A stretch of DNA of 64,000 nucleotides from Eledone cirrhosa. Taxonomy: Eukaryota. The position numbers were made by a program, and so were the translations under genes. Position 1 is the first letter of the stretch. Each line of letters opens with the position of its first letter. Shown in pieces: positions 58,218 through 64,000 of this stretch. Below the pieces are notes generated by a model. That model was given only the letters and a program-made list of their open reading frames with translations, ran no database searches and had not been told where the DNA came from. The stretch lies in NCBI GenBank assembly GCA_964016885.1, contig OZ024741.1:218488001-218552000 (forward strand), read 5' to 3'.

Positions 58218-58611
58218 AAAAAAAGCCCTAATAAGCTGAACAAAAATGAAGTTGTTCACCTAAAGCGGGCCCTAGGCCATAAAAAAAGTTGGATTTTCTT
58301 TGCTCACGGTATGAAGAAGAGACTGACTAATACATAGTTACAATTTCAAGGAAATTGGTCTGACGTAACGCCTCAAAAAACCCTTAAAAAGCTGGGGAAA
58401 ACGCAGTTTTTTCACCTAATGCCTTAGGGGATCAAAAAGTTGATTTTTTTATGTGCATAACACTCCCTAAAATACAAGTAATACACATAAAATGTTTTGA
58501 AAAAGATCGGTTGGGTACTTCTCGGGTTTCGCACACACACATACACACATACACACACATACACACATACATACACACATACATACATACATCCTTCCTC
58601 AGTTTTATATA

Positions 58612-59616
58612 TCTATAATATTATAAAGCTGAGTGCCATGTGTATTATGTATGTATCCTACACATCTCCCTATAGTTTGTTAGCTTTACTCTCTCCGTCG
58701 CTCTTTCCTCTCTCTATAATAGATCATTCCCCCTCTCTATAATTTAAATGCTTTACTCTCTCTGTCGCTCTTCACTCTCTAATAAGATAAAGCTGAGCGT
58801 CGTCTCTCTCTTTCTCACTCTTTCACCCTCTCTATAATTTAACTGCTTTACTCTCTCTGTCGCTCTTCACTCTCTAATATTATAAAGCTGAGCGTCGTCT
58901 CTCTCTCTCCCTCTTTTACCCTCTCTATAATTTAAATGCTTTACTCTCTCTGTCACTCTTCACTCTCTAATATTATAAAGCTGAGCGTCGTCTCTCTCTC
59001 TCTCTCTCTTTCACCCTCTCTATAATTTAACTGCTTTACTCTCTGTCTCTCTTCACTCTCTATATGACAACACTCTTTTACTTTCCGATTCTACCTTCAA
59101 TATATCAATATATACCCAGGTTCTGCTGCACGTCGGGCTGAGGGGGCCAAACTCCTCAAATACCGGTCAAATAACACTCTCCAACAAGTTTACGGTCGTA
59201 CCCCTGGCAGTGGAGATTCTGGTGTCCTCAGCCCCAAGGCTACCCCCTTACTCACCACCATAGGCGCTGAGCTAGCCAGCCGCAGGTGTGAACGCCGCGA
59301 GCTGGAATGGCTTTTCCAGCGCGTCTCCCTTGCCGTCCTCCGTGGAAACGCCTTCTCCATTCTGTCCGCCGGGGCTGTGGGTGGATCCCATCGCGTACCG
59401 TTGTAGTTGTTGTATACAGATATTTATTCATCAATCCCATTATTTATATCATATATCAACATAGAGATGAGCCTCGTATGAATGTTTCTTTCTAAAGGAT
59501 AACCTCCTTCAAATTCGGTCAACACACAAGCAGGTAATACATACATCAAAAGGCAACCCTCTAGAGAGACAGAGAGTAAAAGAGACAGATTAGGAAAACT
59601 ACACACACACACATCT

Positions 59617-59669
<53 letters not shown>

Positions 59670-59833
59670 CGAGAGAGACAGGGAAAGAGAAACAGAGGTA
59701 CGGGCAAGCAGGTAATACATACATCTAAAATCATTTGGATACAAATATCATAATATAATGGTTGCAGAACGAAAATACAGACAAATATAATAATGTATGT
59801 ATCCCACACACTTTTTCTGTCGTCGATCGCATA

Positions 59834-59923
<90 letters not shown>

Positions 59924-60458
59924 TTTCACACCTGATTTCGCCAATTGCCGGATAACATAAAAATAAAACACACAGACACACACATGGACATACACACATA
60001 CACAAACACACATACACATACACAGACACACACACACATATCTATACTTTATGTATGTATGTATGCATGCATGTATGCATGTAAGATCATTCCCCCTCTC
60101 TATAATTTAACTGCTTTACTCTCTCTGTCGCTCTTCACTCTCTATATGACAACACTGTTTTAGTTTCTGTATCCCCCTTCAATATATACACAAAGTGAGG
60201 AGAGAGAGATTTAGAGAACGATTAGGAAAACTACACACACATATCTACAGAGAGAGACAGAAAAAGAGAGGGAGGGGAAAGGAGAGAGATAGGCCGTTAG
60301 ACAGAGAGAGATACAATTAAAGTGTTAGTTATTCAGAGAGAGAGAGAGAGAGAGAGAGTCGGAAGGACAATGTGACACGAAAGGGGGTGTGGTATCTTTG
60401 CAGTGCAGTGGTGGGGGCAGGTATACCTAGCCGGGCGCCAGCCGGACGGGCCAGCTAG
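58612..60458 (+). mobile_element. Non-autonomous Helitron with internal ~100-bp tandem repeats and a nested CRE fragment
   Basis: A|TCTATAATATTATAAAGCTGAG start, GC-rich hairpin 60430-60452, CTAG|T end. Confidence 0.7.
59116..59450 (+). mobile_element. CRE-clade non-LTR 3' fragment (RLE)
   Basis: Manual translation: AARRAEGAKLLKY / VPLAVEILG..LEWLFQRVSLAVLRGNA. Confidence 0.75.
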
Positions 60459-60919
60459 TATACATATATAGATTAAAATAACAGATTAAAGTTTAAGCAA
60501 AGAATCGTTGCTTTCACCCTTAACGGGATCTTCTGAAACTAAAAATATCAATCTGTGAACGCAGAAGTAAATATTTCGAAAAGTGTTGCAACCGAAGGAA
60601 AACAGGAAGACGATACTTTGGTTCGTGAAGATGTTCCCTGGCAATGAACGGAAAATAGCGAACATTATACGTCATCAATGTTCGTCAGAATGTTGTAATG
60701 CAGACAGCCAGGCATTCAGACAGATATTATAAGAGCGCGACGGAGATGGATAACCGACGCCTAACACCCCTTTAACAACAGAACATTGAAAAATAAAAGC
60801 TGCAGTTAATATCTTTAGACCGGAAGGAATATATAAATGCAAGTTTGAAGTCAATCGGAGTAGAAATGTGGATTTGTATAGACTTTGCAAAAATGAGAAC
60901 ACACACACAGACAACTACA

Positions 60920-61081
<162 letters not shown>

Positions 61082-61752
61082 ATCCAGGAAGCTCCAACCA
61101 TTAAGGTTGTCTTTTTTCCGGGTATGTCAATATTTATTTATAAAACAAATCTGTATTTTATCTGATGAAAGCGCACGATAATTTGCCTTGGTTGCCCTTG
61201 AAATATCTATAATCAAATAAATATGGTTTTATAAATATAGTTTCCATTTATTAATATATGGTGTATTTAATCCACTAGCTTGTTGAGTGCTTTATATCAG
61301 TTATAAAAATGTTTAAGCTTGTTGAATCCCAACAAATTAAATATAAGCTCTGCACATATGTATATATATATATATATATATGTAACCGAACTCTCGAGGT
61401 TCGATTCATCGTAGCAGCTGATGCCAACATTTTTTCCCTTCTTTAAGGAGTTGTAATCGCTGCAGATAATAATAGTTTTTTTTTATTATACAGAAACAAG
61501 GTAATATGACGGCTGCAGTTTGATAACGCCTGTCTTCCCCATAACAGTGGTTGGTGTAGGTCAGCGGTTGGTTGAATGATCTTTTCTGAGTGTTTTGTTT
61601 TACGTGTTAAACTAATATATTCCTTCCGTATACTGTACCATTTGTGTTGTTATTTCTGTTTACGTTTACCTGTTACACATATATATATATATATATGCGT
61701 GTGCATATGTTTATGTATATATCTATATGCATGCATATATATATATATATAT

Positions 61753-62059
61753 ATTGTTATACTTGGGGAGGATCATATTGTTATAATATTGCCAGAAATA
61801 ATGACAGAACATACTCACTGTCTGGTTAATTTTCGCTTCTGATTCTTTTATATCTCCATTGTTAATTTATCTGGCAATCAATGTTTATCACTGATTGACC
61901 AACGGTTAAAAATACAGATATAAATATATATATATATAGTCTATCAAAGTTCTTTCGTCGCACATCATCAGTGGTGCTATTATGTTTCCTCCTATCGTAA
62001 TGTCTACGCCAATATTTGTTTCGACACACGATTTCATATCAAAAACCTTACAAAACAAT
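61753..62059. mobile_element. PLE family B pLTR fold-back (inverted short-end arm with HHR-like motif, then forward tail)
   Basis: 61753-62010 is the reverse complement of about 39945-40225; 62010-62059 is the tail seen inverted at 39300-39350. Confidence 0.75.
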
Positions 62060-62084
62060 TATATATATATATATATATATATAT

Positions 62085-62734
62085 GAAAAGTGTAATTTTC
62101 TACACAAAACGAAGGTTATAGAGAAAATTGAGGTTGGTAATGGCACATGGTATATATAAGAGACAGAATACTTTTTTGTGAAAAAACATAATTTTATAAG
62201 GTAAGGAAATAATAAAGGGTATAAAAAATGACCGGTTTCGATGGGTCTGCAAAAGCCATCTTTTCAAATGTTGATTAATATTAAGAAAAATTAATAATAC
62301 GAAGAGTTAAAATTTGAGATTTGAAAATTCAAGTATAAAATTCATTGTGGGATTTCATAGCAGTTTTCATCTAGGTAGCAACAACAGGTTGACTGCTGTG
62401 TCCCTTTCTGGTAGTGAATGAGAAGTTATTTGGGGTGTGGGTTATTTTATAAAGGTCAGATTTAGCAATCGCCAACTGGCCAGCTGCTGGTCAGTGAGGG
62501 GGTGGAAGCAATATACATACACATATCTTCCTGTGGTGGGTAGGAGAGTGGAGCGTGATAGAAAGGGATTTAGTGCACTTACACCTATATATACACACAT
62601 ACCTTCATCCACACATACATACATATACATATACATATACATATATATATATATATATATATACATATACACACATACATACACACACACATACATATAC
62701 ATACACACATACACACACACACATATATACACAT

Positions 62735-62789
<55 letters not shown>

Positions 62790-64000
62790 TATATATACAT
62801 ACACATACATCCAGATACACACATACATACACACACACACACACATATATATACATACACACATACAAACATACACACACACACACACACACATATATAT
62901 ACACATACACACACACACACATATACACATATATACACCCACACACAGAGAAATGGCCTCCAAATATATATATATATATACATACAGACACATGTATTTT
63001 TTACATAATATAAGAAGTTGGGACAGTGAAATTAAAATACAAGTCATTCTGATCACATTGAGTTCTTCATGTAGATTGGGCTCCGCAACCGACAGTGGTG
63101 AATTCTGTGTGCGCATATATATATAGATATATGTGTGTGCACGTGCAGGGTTTAACATGGATGTGTTGGTCACACAAAAGCATGGTCTGTCAACGAATAA
63201 ACCTGATTCTACAGAATTGGTCTCTGGTCTTTAATAGTAGTGATTCCGTGCGTATGTGTGTTTATATTTTATGACAATTCTATTGGGGTGATAACCCGTT
63301 TAGTTTTGGTTTAAATTTGTTAAGGAATAGATTTTCTTTGTTTATTCTTTGTTGCTGTGTGAACGAATCTGAGCACTTGTAGAAGGGGAAGATTTTAAAG
63401 TTGGGTAGTGTCATTCCTGCACAGTTCGCAATATGGCTGCTCAAGGGGATTTTTCTTGTGTTAGCGTCCCGGATTTGTTGGCGGTGGATGGTCATTCTTT
63501 TGCGTAATGAGGTGCCCGTCTGTCCTATGTAGTTGTGTTTGCACCCACCGCAAGTTATTGCGTAAATCAAGTTCTCCGATTGCAGGTGAAATTGTTTTTT
63601 ACTGTAAATGTTTGGCCATCTTTGAATGTAAATGTTTGTCCTTCAGTGAGGTAGAGGCACGTTCCACAGTTTGTTCTACCACATTTGGTAACTGTAGGGT
63701 TGAGGATTGGTTTGGGTATATTTGGTCCAGTGAGAATGCGTTTAAGTGATTTGGGTTGTCTTTTACTTTTAAGGATCTTGTGTGTTTCAAGAATAGACTT
63801 CATTTTTACATCTTTAAGTAGGATGGGGAGGTTTTTGTGTAGGTGATCAAACATTTCGGTATTTCTGGGGTTGAAAGTGGATACATATGGCAGGGTGTTG
63901 AGTGTGGTTTTCTGTTTTGGATTGTTAAGTTGATGGGGATTTAGGTGTTTTGCCCTGTCTATTCTATTGTTGATTATTTCAAGTGGAAAGGCTCTTAAGA
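62085..64000 (-). mobile_element. PLE (Neptune-like) 3' part, continuing beyond the window
   Basis: ORFs 63567-63854 and 63280-63570: CGRTNCGTC, IYAITCGGC..YIGQT..LRKRMTIHR, KPKLN; same clade as 6810-8518. Confidence 0.85.

Overview
AT-rich animal genomic DNA with no recognisable intact host gene. It is probably cephalopod/octopus-like, inferred only from the SINE types and extreme microsatellite load. The window is a mosaic of (TA)n, (TACA)n, (CA)n, (TAA)n and (TATC)n tracts carrying retroelements. Main features: (1) a young, nearly intact Penelope-like element (PLE; RT plus C-terminal GIY-YIG) at 52262-58120 with inverted and direct pseudo-LTRs, each holding a minimal hammerhead ribozyme (HHR), and an older copy at 15098-19812; (2) roughly 25-30 hand-identified HHR or HHR-like motifs from about a dozen sequence families, mostly in short non-coding fold-back inserts in (TA)n; (3) a recurrent architecture in which one insert end stops at a fixed short end and the other, inverted end carries an extra tail; (4) non-LTR fragments (Dong/R4-like, a second RLE family, Tx1-like, CRE-like, RTE-like), two tRNA-derived SINE families, non-autonomous Helitrons, a hAT remnant and several satellites, one matching a SINE 3' segment. 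Most ORFs in the track are microsatellite artefacts. Three weak candidate host exons lie on the + strand. All calls are by eye and element boundaries are approximate.
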